From contig CM097885.1 in assembly GCA_044892525.1 (NCBI GenBank), positions 247,132,001 through 247,196,000 on the forward strand: a DNA stretch of 64,000 nt, given 5' to 3'. Origin of the DNA: Schmidtea polychroa (Eukaryota). The stretch's first letter is position 1, and each line of letters starts with the position of its first letter. Positions 43,601-57,966 of the stretch are shown one piece after another. A model generated the notes under the pieces. That model ran no database searches, had not been told where the DNA came from, and saw only the letters and a list, made by a program, of their open reading frames with translations. A program made the translations under genes and the position numbers.

Positions 43601-46600
43601 TGATTACAAATTAATGTGAAAATTTTGGAGTCTCACTAGATATAATTATGGCTATTTACATAAGTATAAAAATATTTACTATATTCAATTTATAAGAATA
43701 AACCTTATCTACGTGAAAATTAAAACCCTTTAGTATTTTTAATATTTTCGTTCGATGTCTGAACTTTTGTTTAAATGCTAAATTTATCTTGTTTTCGCAC
43801 ACAGACATTGAAATTATAAACCATTGCCGAGATCATATTGAACTTGAATCACTTCAATAAAAATGCCTTCGTGGATTTAGTACGTAGCAATTTTAGAATA
43901 ATTTGTGGATCATGAGCTATATTTCTAGTTTATAGATTCTTTCCTAAAATTCTAAGTTCCTTTATTATATAGACATAAAATGATGGATCGATAAAAATTA
44001 GATTAATGAGAAGCATTTGTTGTAAAGGGATTTTAAGTTTTAGTTTTCTTTATACCTTCAAACTTCAGTTTAATTCTACTCGATAATTTAGAAATAAATT
44101 TTTATTCATTTAAAAATTATTTTATGTTAACAATTTTTATCAAGTTTAGTTTGTTAAATTCGTATGTCTATCTATAACTTCATCGGTTGCTTTGATTTAT
44201 TCAACAATTTCGGTGATTTAATTTGACATAGGGTTGAATTTTAATTAAATACGGAATATTTAAGTAAAATAATTAAAAATTATAAATTTTAACCATTATC
44301 TAGTGTGTTACTCCCGGGATTTTCTTTGTGATAACATTTAGTCGTGTCTGGTAAAAATCCAAGTTAAATTTACTATTTTCGCACAAAACTCTGAAATAAA
44401 AAACAAATTGGCATCAGTGACTTTTGTATTTTTCTAATGACAATTAACATTTGACTCTTGAGAATTTCAATTCAATATTTACCAGTTTAAATATTCTAGG
44501 ATTGTAGCTACATTTCAATTTAATGCTCTTAATTATATTCAACCAACATTTATGGAGAGAGAACGAGTGTTTTCCACTTCATCAAAATTTTGCTTCAAAA
44601 AACGATCAAATTTAACCGACAAGTAAATTAATGAATTATATTTCCTTAAAACTTATTTTATATAAGAACTGATAATATATATTATAAGAACATTTTTTTT
44701 CAAATTTCTCCACTGATTTCTTTTCCATTGTATTTATTAAAAATCTTAAAGACTATGAATCAGTAAATATATCGATGTTTTTGATATTCACGAATTTTTG
44801 GCACTGCCTTTTTCAAGTGAAATTCGATATCTATTATTTTGTTATATTAAAATTTAAGTATATTCAATATTAAATGTATAATATAAATGTATAATATAAA
44901 CTAAAGTAGGACACAAACACAATAGGTATCATACTAGGTGAGGTATTCAATATTCAATAGGTACCATAATTTTGCTGTGTTCCATGATTTTTAATTTTTT
45001 CCCTTACATGAATCAAATTTAAATGAATTAAGCCAGTAACGCCCAAAAGGAAATATTTACAAACAAACCGACATTAATGACGGTTGTCACTGCGTTGCCG
45101 CCATATTGAATTTATTCGTAGACTACTAGTGCCATCTATTGTTGAAATGGGGCACTACATCAAAATAATCATTATAAAAAAACATGAAATTACGCCTTTA
45201 AACAAGTGTACTCATGGGAGTACAGTGGAAGGTAATGGGTTAAATTCATTCAATTTTTTTATTGTTTGCTTTGTTATTAATTTTTTGATTTAAATCAAAC
45301 TTAAGTGATTTGATGTGATTGAATGGAATTGAGATTTAAATATATTATTCATATTTCTATTAAATTCTGCCTAATAAAATTTAAATAAACATATGTTTAT
45401 GATTTGTGTTCTCATTTTAAACAAACCCAAATTTTTTTATTGTAGAAATTAATAAATGAAATCCTAGGACCCGGGAATTTCCCGAGAAACAACTTTTTCC
45501 AATCCCGAATACTGGGAGTCAAAAAATGTAGGAAAAACATACACACTACCCTTATCGGACTCTATCTTTGTATTTTGTATATATTGTTGTCAAGTCAGAG
45601 GTGACTTATGACCGTCAAGGGTTAATATATTTTACTGTTATTTAAATGCGATCAGTGAAAGTTGACTTAAATTTTTAAGTAACATAATAACTGAAATAAA
45701 GTCTCCTGTATGGATGAAAAGCATGTCTCCTGAGATTGAAATTGATACTAAATGCAACAATGATTTACTCGAGTACGTCTCACAGAATATTCTAAATTTA
45801 GCCTAAATTGTGGGATATTTTTAGGGAATTAAATGATACTTTACTTGTGACATGAAAATACGAATTAATTTTTTGCATTGATCTTCACTTCAATCATTAA
45901 AAGTAATCCTAAAAACTACAAGAGAAGATATTTAGATATGAAATTTAAGTATATCTGTGAGTAGTATTAATTTGCAGTAATTTGAAGCTACATTAACAGG
46001 AAAGAGAATGATTATATGAAACAATCTGGATGGGGTAATTCATCATTCCCACCGAGTTCAATTAATTTGAATATTGATTGGCGTTAAAAATAAATTTCAA
46101 GAAAAATCTTAATGTTTTATATTGATTAACTGGATGGCAATTCATTAAAAATGAAAATAGTACATAACTATTAAGCTATTGTGACGTCATCATTATAAAG
46201 TAATTCTTGACCCATATCTCTCCTTCAGTGTGATGATGTCATTTGGGTAATGTGAGAATTGACAAATCCATTGTGCTGGAGTAAACACTCACCATATTAT
46301 TTATTTGTTTTATGATTATTTCAATTTTGTCGATTTTCTAAAATTTCCTATATCGAACATTTATTTTCGCGCTTATAAATTACTAATTTATATATTTTTT
46401 AAGTTTTTAAATATAGTATTTCGAGAGCTTTGGATATAATGGGTTTGTGTAATAAAGACTTTTGATCAGCGTTATTTAAAATATACTGTTTGTAGTTTTC
46501 ATAATTTTATTTTTTATCAAACTATATATCAATATTATTTAACACGAATTTTTGACACATTTTTAAGTGTTTGAAAGAAATTTTGATTGTGATTTTTAGA

Positions 46601-49600
46601 ACTTAAGGAACAAATCCAGCTACTTTATTAGTCATTATTTGGTTTTGAAAAACGATGAAAAATTGAAAAACCATAATGATCTGTAAATATGGCAAGGATG
46701 GGAGTTTGCATGATTGAGTGTAATATAAGTACAGAAATTACGATAAGCCTGTCTAATATATATGGTGTTACATCCATTCCATTTAATTTGTATACAATAT
46801 TGTAACTAAATTCGACCGGTGTTTGAGATTTTTTAATAAACATAGTATACTTTCCACAAATTAAAGAAAATCCTATAATTTAGATTACCTAACTGCTTAA
46901 TAATATTTCTCTTTTAATATTTCCAACCCCTCATTATGGTAATGTTAAAACAAACTTAAGCTCATCATGTTTAAAAGATCTATTAATGTAGTTTACTATA
47001 CTGTCAGATTTACACGTACTGGTCGAATTTCACATTTTTCAAATTTTACTTTAGAATTCTAACATAATATTTTAAACCAATAGAATTAACCCGTTTTCTT
47101 TCAGATATATTTTTGTTTCTACAAGTAATAGTTGCTAATTATTTAAAAGATAACTTTATTATTTGCTCATATTAGACACTTTTTAAGAAAGGGAAAATAT
47201 AACTACAAGAAAGATTAAACTCACGATGTTAATGTATACAATAAATTATATAAAATTATAAAATATGAAATACTTTTCAATAAAATTGTGAAAGAACATG
47301 AGATTTATTTATAAATTTACAATTATAAATTATGTTTCCCAGAAGACTTCATGATGTTGATGTTTGTAAATTAAAAGTAAATGTTTATCAAAATTGTAAA
47401 GATTTGTCATTTGAAATAAGCAATAATTTTCACATTTCCAATCCAAAATACGAATTATAAAATGACTTTCAAAATTCGAATAATAAAGGCTATCAATTTT
47501 TATAAAGCAAAGCGATGTTTAAAAGCATTTTGATATAATTTAAACTGGAGGTCGACTACCTTTTCGTACCCTTTAATAATATTACTTTTGTGAATAAACA
47601 TCTCATTCGTTTTCAAAATAATTTAAAAACACGAAGGAAGCTTTTTATTTAGATTGTATAACCTTGAAGTACAACTAGAAAAGGGGATATTTAAACGAAT
47701 CATTTTTATTTTTAGTTTTATTTACAAATATAAAATATAAGATGATCCTAATTTAAGTTTGAAAATTCTCATTTGTGGAAATTCACAATATATGTGAGTT
47801 ACATAATGTCTTTCTTGTTATATACAATTCGATTGGTGATAAGATAATCTGACTGAAAAGTCAGATGAAATGATACATATTTAACTTAAAGTCCATTATC
47901 ACTAATTATCACTAATTTCCTTTTATAACTAACCATATTTATCAAGAAATACTACTTAATGAATACATTTCCACTCTATTTTCATGATCCCAAATCCTTC
48001 ATTTAAACAATTGTTAGTGTTAGGATCTCTTCAAAAAACCTCACAAAGGAAATCAGAATTTTGCGATTTAATGATATTTGGAAATTTTTATCCATGTACA
48101 TATTTATGCTCTGATTTTTGTAAACTGATCAAATAAATTTCGATACCCTTGACTAGTAATTACTAGTTATTTATAATTTCCGTTTTTAATATATTTTTTA
48201 CTACTACATTGCATTTAGCCAAGTAAATTCTCTTTCAAAACCATAGGACACATTGTACAAGCTATTTATTTAAGAGACCATACAACGTATTGTACAAAAT
48301 TAGTATTTTATTGATGTTCCTGAGTTTTTCAGTACCTCTAGACAACTTGTAGTCATCGAATTAATTAATGTATTTACACTTTTTATTTCAATCTTTTCCA
48401 AGCATCCAATATTGCATTTTTAACACAGATATTTTGTTATACTGTTTCCCTTGACGGTACACCAGTGGTTCTCAACCTGTGTTCCGCGATTACGCTTCTA
48501 GTGTTCCGCGAAAAAAATGACATTTTATCTTTAAATTTGCATTTAAGATACATGTCATCAAAAACCTCAATTAATGTTTTTATAAGATGATTCAATAAGA
48601 AAGCCGTTACACAGATATATAAACATACAAATATATAAGTGTTTTTATTGCTTGTTATTGTTGCGCGTGGTATTTTCTTTGCTTATAAGAAGGCATTGTT
48701 TACGTTTTAGACAGATTTATAGTAATTTGTGATTGGTCACTCATTATGGGCAAGTATTTTTTTGTCAGTGTTCCGCGTAAAAAAAATCATGTGAATGGTG
48801 TTCCGCGCAAAAAAAATCATGTGAATGGTGTTCCGCGCTTTTATATTAATTGAGAATCACTGCTGTACACCATAAAATTTCTATTGGATTTAAGTCAAGG
48901 GATCCAAATTAAAAATTTTATGAATTTTTTGATATTGGTATTGGATTTATATTTATATTAATTAATGAAAATTATGGAAATGAAAATTAAATTTATGACA
49001 TTTCCAACTACAGCCAAATTTCCTTATCTCTATAAAATTTTGCTTTCCCCAAGCATCGAAATAAGCAATATTTTTTTCATTTTATAAGATAAAACAATTT
49101 GCTATATATTTTCCTATATTATATTGAGATAAAACTATAAGTAAATTTGTTTTAAATTTGCATTTTTGCATTAATTGAAAATGAAAATATTCTATAAAAT
49201 ATCTTTAAATAAAAATAGACGTCGTAATTTGCATTTGAATAAAAAGAACATTGTATTATTTAATGATTTTAATTTATTTATATTTTCTTTCTAATTTTTT
49301 GATTTACAAATCTATTAATTATCTCTTCAAACTCAATTTTCTCTAAAACTTCGTGTTCGATGTACATAATCGAAATGTCATTTAATTTTGTTTCTTTCAT
49401 TTGTGAACGAAGATAGCTTTTTATTCTTTCTAAACAAGAAAAGGATATTTCAGCACAACAATTTGTTACTGCTAGTGACAGATAGATTCTGAAGATGATT
49501 TCCAAATTTCGAAAAACGTTATTATATTTTTTTATAAATAAAAATTGTACAGATATATCAATTTTTTGTAGAAGCTGTTTAAAATGAAAAATTGACATTA

Positions 49601-52600
49601 TATAAACATTTTCTATACATTCATTTTTAAAATTATTTTTTTTAAAAATTTGAATTTTATTTATCGGTTACATGCTATTTTTTTGCCGCCCTAGGCATGT
49701 GGCTATTTGTAAATCCAGGGCTGGAGGTCGAGATAAAAATATGACTGCGAAAAAATTTACAAAATATAATAAATTATAGTATATGAGGGCAAAGGTCAAT
49801 AATACATAATAATACATGGAGATTACGTAATCGCATATAAATTATATGAATTCATCCCCTTTTCGGGATACGCTTATAACTATTGCGTAATAATATATAC
49901 CTGGGATATACCTGGTTTATACTTCTCATTTATCACTACTTTATAACTATTGTCAATGAAATTCACTTCGGCTTACTGGTTAAATAATGGAATTGAATAT
50001 CACTGAATGAATAACATAATATCTTTAGATATTTGTTGGGTTTATTGCTTGGGTCACAGTTGCTATGGATACTTGAAATGGTCTTAATGCTCATTGTATG
50101 CTCATTTCCGGCATTATCATGTTAGACTCGTAGAATGCAATATATAATTATACCAAAGATGAAGAAATCTTATTAATGAATATGTCAGAACAAGACTCAT
50201 CACAGATGCCTGGGATCTTACTCAAAACCGTTTCCGTCCGTATTTATATTAACGGTTAGTGAGACAATATCGATTTAAACGTGAGCGGCAAAACCAACAA
50301 ATGTCGATACGTCATGGCCGGTAAGATATGCCTCCTTAAGGTCACAAATGCTTCAAGAGAAATATATGGATAAATGTGAATATTTACAAACGACAACGAG
50401 TGAAGAGGAAAATCAAATTTAATGTTGATTTCAAGAGTTGTTGTAGTGAGCCGTTACACGGCCTTAACAAAATCTATATAAATATTATATACAAAAACGT
50501 AACGTAGCGTAAATGGGCGATCATCGGCGAATAATGATCAATTAGAACACAATTATGGCCAATCAAATATCATGTGTAACAGCACATTAGTTGGAACATC
50601 TCAGTCTACCCTAACTCATTCCTATAGTCAATCAAAATTCATGCAATCAGCTAATACTTCTTCTTGTCCATCAGGCCCTATTAATCAATCTCAGACGAGT
50701 AAACCAAATTCGATGCCATGTTATTATTATCAAGATTAACTGTATTTGGTTTCTAATTGTTTTAAGGTTAGCTCTCATAGACCAACATCTTCATCCATTC
50801 CCCGTTCGCAATCACCACAATTTCATATGGGAAAGACACAGTCAAATTTAGTAATTCTATTTCAGAAGTAATTCAGCCAAGTAGTGTAGAATCTGGCATT
50901 CGAATTCATGAACATGTAAATTCCCAAAATCTCTCCAATTGAGCCAAGCTGTCGAAAGTGTTCCGTATTTTCAAAGATATTCCATATGCTTATAATTCGC
51001 GAAATATTTAATAAATCCTAACAATAATATGAACCCAAATAGATTTGTTATCCAACTACTACACAGATCAATTATGGATCCAAGAAATAACGAACAAATA
51101 ATTTGATTGGGATGTCTGAATAAATTGAAGGCTTGATAATTAATTGTTACTTTTTATGATCAGTAGTGAACTATTAAATTCATTTTTTGTTGATCAAGGA
51201 ATATCGTATAATTTTGATTTATAAATAAATCTTTTTTTATTGATGTTTGTTTATTGATTGTTTTACTTTTACCTGTAAATTTGTGAATTTTAAAAAACTT
51301 GTAAATACTGGTGAACCAGAGCTGTAAAATTAAAAAGTTTTCTCTTTTATTTTGTAGTTCTATTAATATTTGTGACTTCATGACTTCATTATCTAATTCT
51401 ATAAAAGCAAGGAAACCAGATTTGCTTAATAAATTTGAAAAATGTGAGTGTGATATTAACTATGCATTTATTATTCCCAATGAAGATATTTTAATTGTTC
51501 TTGTCGAGGATAGCAGTGTTAGAATCTATATTAAAAGAGAGGCTGGTGGCTATTGGCCTGGGACATGTTTGCAATATTGTAATGTCAGGAAACATATTTT
51601 CATTGGGTGCGATAAATCTATGGAGTTCAGTGGCGTAGCTAGAGTACTTGGCGCCCGGGGGCAGGGATATTTTTGGCGCCCTGGGCTTACTATAAAAATT
51701 TTTTTGTGATATTAAAATAGACATAGGTAAAAACGCCAAATATAAAATTACATTAATAAATTCTAAAATAATATTTTTAAAAAATATAAAATATAAAAAT
51801 ATAACAAAACTAGAAAAAAACTGGAAAACAGAAAAATAAAATCTCTTTTTCATCGTTTATTTTAAAAAATTTTCAATACTTGACTATATTTATATATTTT
51901 ATATATATTGCGTTCAATCCGGCGCCCCAAAAATTGTGGCGCCCGGGGCAACTGTCACCCCTCGCCCCCACCTCGCTACGCCACTGATGGAGTTTAAATT
52001 AAAAGATGATTTCAATGCTAAAGTACATAGACGTGACTGCTTGTCTCATGTAGCAAGAGTTACGGGCCTGATTATATCACAAAAATCTAATTGGTTGCTT
52101 TCATATAGTAAAGACAAATTATTTACTAGATATTCGTCGGAATCACTCGAATCATTTAGTATAGCGTTTTTAAAAATGATTAAATCCAACACCACCACAT
52201 TGGTGTCAGAAGTGAAATATGAAAAATTTTCTAATGAATGAATTTTCATAAATGTTATTGATCCTGACTACGGATCAGAATATTCCATGCTTCAATTTTG
52301 ATGTGGTAGAGAAACTCATATCGCCCCTGTAGCATCAAATAGTGGGTAAATACAGTTAATTAAATATAATCAATTGGTTTTTAGTTTTCGAATGACTAGC
52401 CCGAATCTGACCTCTTTGTTACCAGGACGCATCAAATATCATGATAAATGTATAATAAGATTATGGGGTTTGGTCACATAGTTGCCGAGTCCAATTCCAG
52501 ACTGGTAATAACCATATTCTCGGTAACGGTTTGGCTATCCATATGTATTACGTAATCATTGAATTAGGGAGAACTTGCTTATGGGGAGGGGAGAGAGGTC

Positions 52601-54030
52601 ATGACAGAATGTGTACTGCAACTTTGAAATTCTGACAGTTCATAAGAACTCATTTGTACGTACGAATAAGATTAGAAGGGTCCTAAAATGTACTGGGTGC
52701 AATAGAAGTATAAAAATATTGACTTTTTTGGCGTACGTAATACATAAATGGTCCCCATATAATCATAGTAATCTAATTAAAAGTCAAAATTGTAATTTTT
52801 CAAATTTTTCTGCGGCCTATTCAATAAAAAATAAAATCAATAAACAGAAATAACACTTAAAATGTTTAATATTAGCAAATTTATGTTTTATTGATTTTTT
52901 TTAATGAGTTTTGAATAAAACATTTTCAATTTCAAACGAATATTTAACAAAATTTCATTAAATTTATATTTATCGTAAATTTTTTCTACAGAATTTACCA
53001 TTAAAATGTGTTTATCAATTGATTGGATAATACTCGAAACAACAAAAGACAAAATAATATGAAAAATCTTCTCCAGTTGCATGTGATTACTATTTTGGCT
53101 AGAATTCAAAAAACCTTCAAATGATATTTTCACATTTAATTTCGAAAATTTTCATAATAAAAATTATTTTAATTAAATATTTTAATTTTTAATGATAAAA
53201 TTATTTATTAATTGTTCATTAATATTTGCTGTAATAAATCAAATAATTAAGTTTAACTTTAAAATTAGATAAAAATTTTTTAAAAATAAAATACTAATTG
53301 CGAAAAAATACAAAATTTAAATTATGAATTCTTAAAAAACAATAATTATTACCCATATCTGATGAAAACTGAACAGGCGAAGAATAATTATTTGATTGCA
53401 ATAAATTCGTAAAGTTATTAGAGTCAATAGCTTGAACAGCATCACTTTTTACTAATAAATAAACTTGGCCACTCTAAAGGAAAATTTTGTTGAGGATTTT
53501 TTTTCAATTTTGTTAATTACTTGATTGTCTAATAGCGACTTTATAGCCGATATGTTTTGCATCGAGTTTAATGTATTGTTATTATTTGATGAAAATCTAG
53601 TGTTAGTTAATTTGGATATAAGCTTAACATTTTGTAATGACTTGTTGATCTCAGCATCGTATTGAGATTTATTTCGTTTTCCATTTATATAATCTATATT
53701 GAGCATACGATCATTGCTAGCGAGTTGATTAAGAAATGATTCTGATTTAACTTCCCCGAAGTCTTCACCTTCTTATCGAGGCAAAAAGTAATAAATTTTT
53801 CATAGATGCGTCAATTACTTACCTGATTTGTTTCGGTGAATATTTTGATCGTAGTTTTCAATATCAAGATTTATTTCAGAGATAGAAGTAACCGGGGTTT
53901 CACAAATGGAAACTGAATTTTGTGATAAACTTTTCAACAAACTCGCTAAATTTATGGATATATCGTTTGAAAGATCATTTGAATTAATTTTCATAGGTTT
54001 GTTATTATTACTATTATTTTCATCGTCCAT
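34604..54030 (-). CDS. usf: USF-like bHLH transcription factor; exons 54030-53823, 53771-53353, 41803-41108, 34921-34832, 34779-34604 (3' end not resolved)
   Basis: Splicing across the 52-nt intron restores [29 protein letters not shown] (cf. USF HNEVERRRRDKINNWI); all four introns are GT-AG and phase 1; exons of 696 and 90 nt preserve frame. Linking the distal N/S-rich exons is inferred from phase compatibility. Exon 2 carries a net frameshift. Confidence 0.7.
35008..35788. mobile_element. Non-autonomous hAT-type element in USF intron
   Basis: TIR CAGGGCTGGTT / AACCAGCCCTG; imperfect 8-bp TSD ATTAGGCA / ATTAGACC. Confidence 0.7.
37245..38912 (+). mobile_element. Tigger/pogo DNA transposon with pseudogenised transposase
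   Basis: 25-bp TIR CAGTCGAACTCGGTTAT(T/A)ACGAACT, 3' TA; CENP-B HTH ([12 protein letters not shown]) and DDE_1 ([30 protein letters not shown]) broken by frameshifts. Confidence 0.92.
39300..40529 (-). mobile_element. Decayed DNA transposon, Chapaev-like transposase
   Basis: Minus-strand [38 protein letters not shown]; terminus CACTGAACA at 40529. Family assignment is from memory of these motifs. Confidence 0.65.
44301..45548. mobile_element. Non-autonomous hAT-type element
   Basis: Termini TAGTGTGT / ACACACTA with CCCGGG subterminal motifs; 8-bp TSD CCATTATC / CCCTTATC. Confidence 0.75.
48463..48862. mobile_element. hAT-Charlie MITE
   Basis: TIR CAGTGGTTCTCAA / TTGAGAATCACTG; TSD CGGTACAC / CTGTACAC; internal GTTCCGCG repeats with a ~30-bp tandem duplication. 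Confidence 0.85.
49278..49598 (-). pseudogene. hAT transposase C-terminal dimerisation domain remnant
   Basis: [45 protein letters not shown]. Confidence 0.8.
51380..52241 (+). pseudogene. wdfy: Intronless WDFY1/2-like (WD40-FYVE) pseudogene fragment interrupted by a MITE
   Basis: After removing 51628-51994: [11 protein letters not shown]...[19 protein letters not shown]...EFKLKDDFN...SHVARVT...[11 protein letters not shown] matches WDFY2 TRKPILLQRME...SEDRTVRVWLKRDSGQYWP...EFILSEDYN...AHQSRVT...WVLSTGQDKQF; internal deletions. Confidence 0.8.
51628..51986. mobile_element. hAT MITE
   Basis: Perfect 12-bp TIR CAGTGGCGTAGC; perfect 8-bp TSD ATGGAGTT. Confidence 0.95.
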
Positions 54031-55239
54031 ATCAGGCACAATTTTTGCCTGTTATTAGCTAAATTAATTTACATCCAGTTAAAATTATTTGCAACCAAGA
54101 GAATAACATTAATTTTACTCAAAGGACATTAAAGGACATTTAGTAAAGTAAATTATCACCTGATTGCAATTTTTAGTCAAGTGACTTCTACAAAAAGTCA
54201 CGGGAACAAACCGAAACAGAAAGAATATAAACAATAATAGAAATTTTTAAATTTATCTATATAAAATTTATTTTTCTAAATTAGTTAAACATTTTTTATA
54301 AAAAAATTTTTTAAATACTTTGTAAAATTATATAATTTTAAATAGATTATTTTGAAGTTAGTATTTCATAATAAAAACTACAAATTTGACAATATCAATT
54401 ATATAAATAAAAATTTGAAGTATTTTCATAAGATATATATTATCTGATATGCTAAAACAGATAGAAGCAAATTTTGTTTAGAGCCGGTTACCAAGAATTA
54501 TGAAGTAGGTATTGAAATGAATGCAAAAACTGTTATCTTCATTCAATGCATAAATATTGTAATATAGTAAATCAAATTCTCGTCAATATTTTAGTTATTA
54601 TTATGACATGTTTTCTTTTAAAAATTTCTTCAGAATATCAAGAATTAGGTGACCTGAAGAAAAAATAAAATGATTTTAACATGTAGATTAAAATTCCAAA
54701 GAAAAAGGAATTGGGTTATTCAGTGAAGCATAATGTGTACTCCCATGTAATTTAGATCAACTTATTCACTTGTATTATTGTTAGTCCATTAAACAAATCT
54801 AAAAATACATATTGTTCACCTTACCTCGTTTGAAATAGTCTCCACTTCCTTTGCCGGGTTTCAGTGGTTACTTGAATCAGTCTAATTCTAGGGATTACAC
54901 CTAAGAAGTGTGGGCGTTTGCAAAAAAAGATGGAAGAAGAACAAGGTATATATAATGTATATATATAGATGTTTCCCATTTACTATTTTAAATAAAGAAA
55001 CTCTTTTGAAACTTTAGCAAATTGATCTGAATAACAATGTAACTCTGTTCAAAGAACAAAATGCAATTAATTTTTATTAATAAGAAATTTAAATTCACAT
55101 GAAGATCAAATATTTGAAATACCAAACAATGTCATTTATGTAGCTGACTAAAGCCATTCACAAGTTTTTTCAAATTAGGTGTCAAGTTTCCTGTGCTGAT
55201 TATTAACACTAACTGAAGATTTGAGTCTGTGAGAAGCAA

Positions 55240-55545
55240 TCTGTTTTTTTACTTATAAATTTTCAATTTTGAGAATGTCTGCTCACAAATATAAGTTGAT
55301 GCACAAACAACACAAACATCTTGGAAATATTTTCAGATCTAAATATTTTTCTTAGTGCAGAGGTGCATAAAACTCGATAAGCAGTTTATTTTCAAACATC
55401 CTCTTTAAAGAGTTGTCAGCTTGCAAACAAATCAAGTCCATTTGAAGTTCTTCAGCAGTTTTTTCAATGTCACAGACAAAAGGTGAGCTGAGCAAATCGA
55501 ACTGTCCTTCAATTGCCTTGAAATGAGCAAATTTCTTGATCAATT
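55240..55545 (-). pseudogene. hAT Charlie/Buster (GTF2IRD2-like) transposase C-terminal remnant
   Basis: QFDLLSSPF...EELQMDLICLQADNSLKRMFENKLLIEFY. Confidence 0.7.
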
Positions 55546-55876
55546 CCTTTTTTAACCTCCTAAGTGTTTTATTTAGTCAAACAAAATGCGCTCCTCAGCG
55601 TATCTATATGTCTTGGGCATAGTGGTACAAAAAATAAAATAATATCTTACTGGATGATATTTATTAAGATAATATGTTATTCGTCTTATGCTTTCTGTAA
55701 TTCATATGTTGATGACGTATATATCCGTCATAGACACTTAAGAGGTTAAAGCCATCAACTGGGAACTGTACTTTTCTGTTAATACTCTTGTAACAGTTCG
55801 TGTTTTCAACAGAGGAAAATGAAAAAAGTTTTCCTTTCCTATCTTGTGTTTATAAAAATAAGACAAAAAAAATTAA

Positions 55877-56052
55877 CCATTCTATCCTCTGTCTGTAAAA
55901 AATGACATTATTTTTGAATAGTTTATTTCCCATGCACTGTCGATTATATTATGACCAACTGTTTATAGAGCGATAGGCTGTAGGCTATTTTTTGAAAATT
56001 TTATTAGGATTGGAACGGGCGGGACACATAAAATAAAGAAGATAGGAAAAGG
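55877..56052. mobile_element. piggyBac-type MITE (copy 2)
   Basis: TTAA flanks; internal identity to 26878-27096. Confidence 0.75.
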
Positions 56053-56905
56053 TTAAGCTGCTTCACAAAAAGTTTAAGTTTCGATATAAACAATTTAACT
56101 TCCAGGTACAGATCACGAGCAAATACACTTTTGACTTGTAGTTTTATGTTAAGATCATTCAGCTTTTATATTAAATCCGCAACAAATGCAAAATCACAAA
56201 CACATTCGGCTTTCTCCATTTTCTTTGAAAAGTCCCAAGAGATGTCTTTCATATTGAAAACAGAACAATCTCTGTTTTGAGGCCCCACACCCTCTTTAAT
56301 ACTTTTCCCACTCTTAATCAACGGACATTTGTGTGGTACAATACATCAGTAAAATCTGCCTCCATGTCTTCCAAGAAACTTCGGTATTGCCTGTCGTTCA
56401 ATATTTGTGGCCTTATTAAATTTTTCGCTTTTTAGATATCTTTGAACAAGTCATTTTGTGTAATTTGTTTTAGATAATAAAGCTATTATAAATTAAAATG
56501 ACCCACTCCTTTTTTCTTTACTAAAATTCTATATTTGGATAGCAGTATAAGAGCAGCTTATCATGTAGAAACACATCTTAATCACTTCGTTAGGTGTGCG
56601 AGTCAGTTGCTAAATTAGCCATTTTCGGGTAACATGTTAATGCATAATATGCATTATGTTATTAGTTATTTTGTATTTACTTTTTAAAATCTAAATTGAC
56701 TTTAGCGGGCCTTTAGGGCCCGCGGCTCTTAGTTATCCCGTCTCTGAACTAGATTATAGAATCGGAAATCTAAATTTAAAAAACTAAGTTTAAATTAGCA
56801 TAAGAAATCAAATGAGCTCAATACATATTATTAAAAATACAGAGGATTATCTAATAAATCACTGAAAAATTGTCATACGTTGGTACTACAGAACTTTCCA
56901 GTGGT

Positions 56906-57480
56906 TCACCGCCCATTCAGCTCGATGTCTGCCAGTAATTCATCTAGCTAGACAACGTTAGCTCCATTCGGCAAATAGAAATCCAGATCTGCTACATCCA
57001 AATCCAGCTCGGGTGGATTAATATCGGCGCACAATTGATTGAGCGCGGCCACTTTCATTTTTCATTTTTTCGCATTTCGCTCCGATCGCATCAGATTTCG
57101 TCGCTTAGGTTTGCTGGCCTGGGGGTTTGGAGTGGCGACGCTAAAGTCGATGGCCGGGGTGAGTGTTGAAGTTCCGCCGAGGTTGGACGTCATTGGAACC
57201 TATTATGCGGTCGCGATAGATGAACATCCAGTGCAGGAGAAGGATGGCAAAAAAAAACAAAGTTTTATTTTAAAGACAAATAGGCCACTCGGGCATAAGG
57301 GGAGATATTCTGGACCCTTGAGTTTTCTAAAGCTATTGATTTGAATTCTCAGAACGCTGTGCCGAGGGTCAAGCGTTAAACTTGGATAGGTTAGATTAAG
57401 ATTTACAGGTGTTTGATTTGAGAGGACTGATTTGTTGTTAATTGGAAGATTGGGTTTGGGTTTTTGTTGGGACTGGATTG
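56906..57480 (-). pseudogene. Decayed ORF related to the 22409 and 58648 ORFs
   Basis: One frame with four internal stops: ...KPKRRNLMRSERNAKK*KMK...LDLDVADLDFYLP...LDELLADIE; continues upstream into the tandem repeats. Confidence 0.5.
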
Positions 57481-57966
57481 AGTTGTTTTATTGTAGTTAG
57501 GATAGGCTGAAGTTGGATTTGTTGTTGTAGCTGGTTTCCGGGTGTTTGAACTTGATTGAATTGCTGTGGTTGAGTTATGATAGCTGTTTAATTGGTGTTG
57601 GGACTGGATTGGGTTGTTGTAATATAGACTGAGCTAGTATATTAGCTGGTTTACGGATGTTTTAACTTGATTGGATAATTGTGGTTGGGTTAGGATAGCT
57701 GTTTAATTAGATGATTGAATGGTGTTGGGACTGGATTGGGTTGTTGTATTAGCTGTAATGAGTTAGTATATGCAGAAGCATGATTGAAGTTAGTATTGGA
57801 TGCTTGAGATGGATTGAATGAGTTGAGTTGCGATAGCTGTTAAATTGAATGATTTGACTGAATTTGGTTGTTGTAGTGTGGATTGAACTTGATTGCATTA
57901 TTGTGGTTGAGTTGGGATAGCTGTTTAATTGGATGATTGAATGGCGTTGGGACTGGATTGGGTTAT
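57466..57966. repeat. Imperfect tandem repeat, four copies of GTTGGGACTGGATTG(G/A)GTT (encodes PNPVPT-like units on minus strand)
   Basis: Copies start at 57466, 57597, 57724 and 57946; companion GATAGCTGTT motif also repeated. Confidence 0.8.

Noticed and set aside
50130-50440. Coding-looking stretch ([26 protein letters not shown])
   Set aside because: Multiple stops and no family I can name.
52201-52214. TGGTGTCAGAAGTG after CA, resembling a tRNA-Leu primer-binding site
   Set aside because: It lies in frame within the WDFY homology (TTTLVSEVK, cf. CTLVTTFRGH) and has no LTR or gag context; coincidence.
57039-57344. 101-aa plus-strand ORF
   Set aside because: Antisense to the decayed minus-strand ORF that carries the family motifs; no features of its own.
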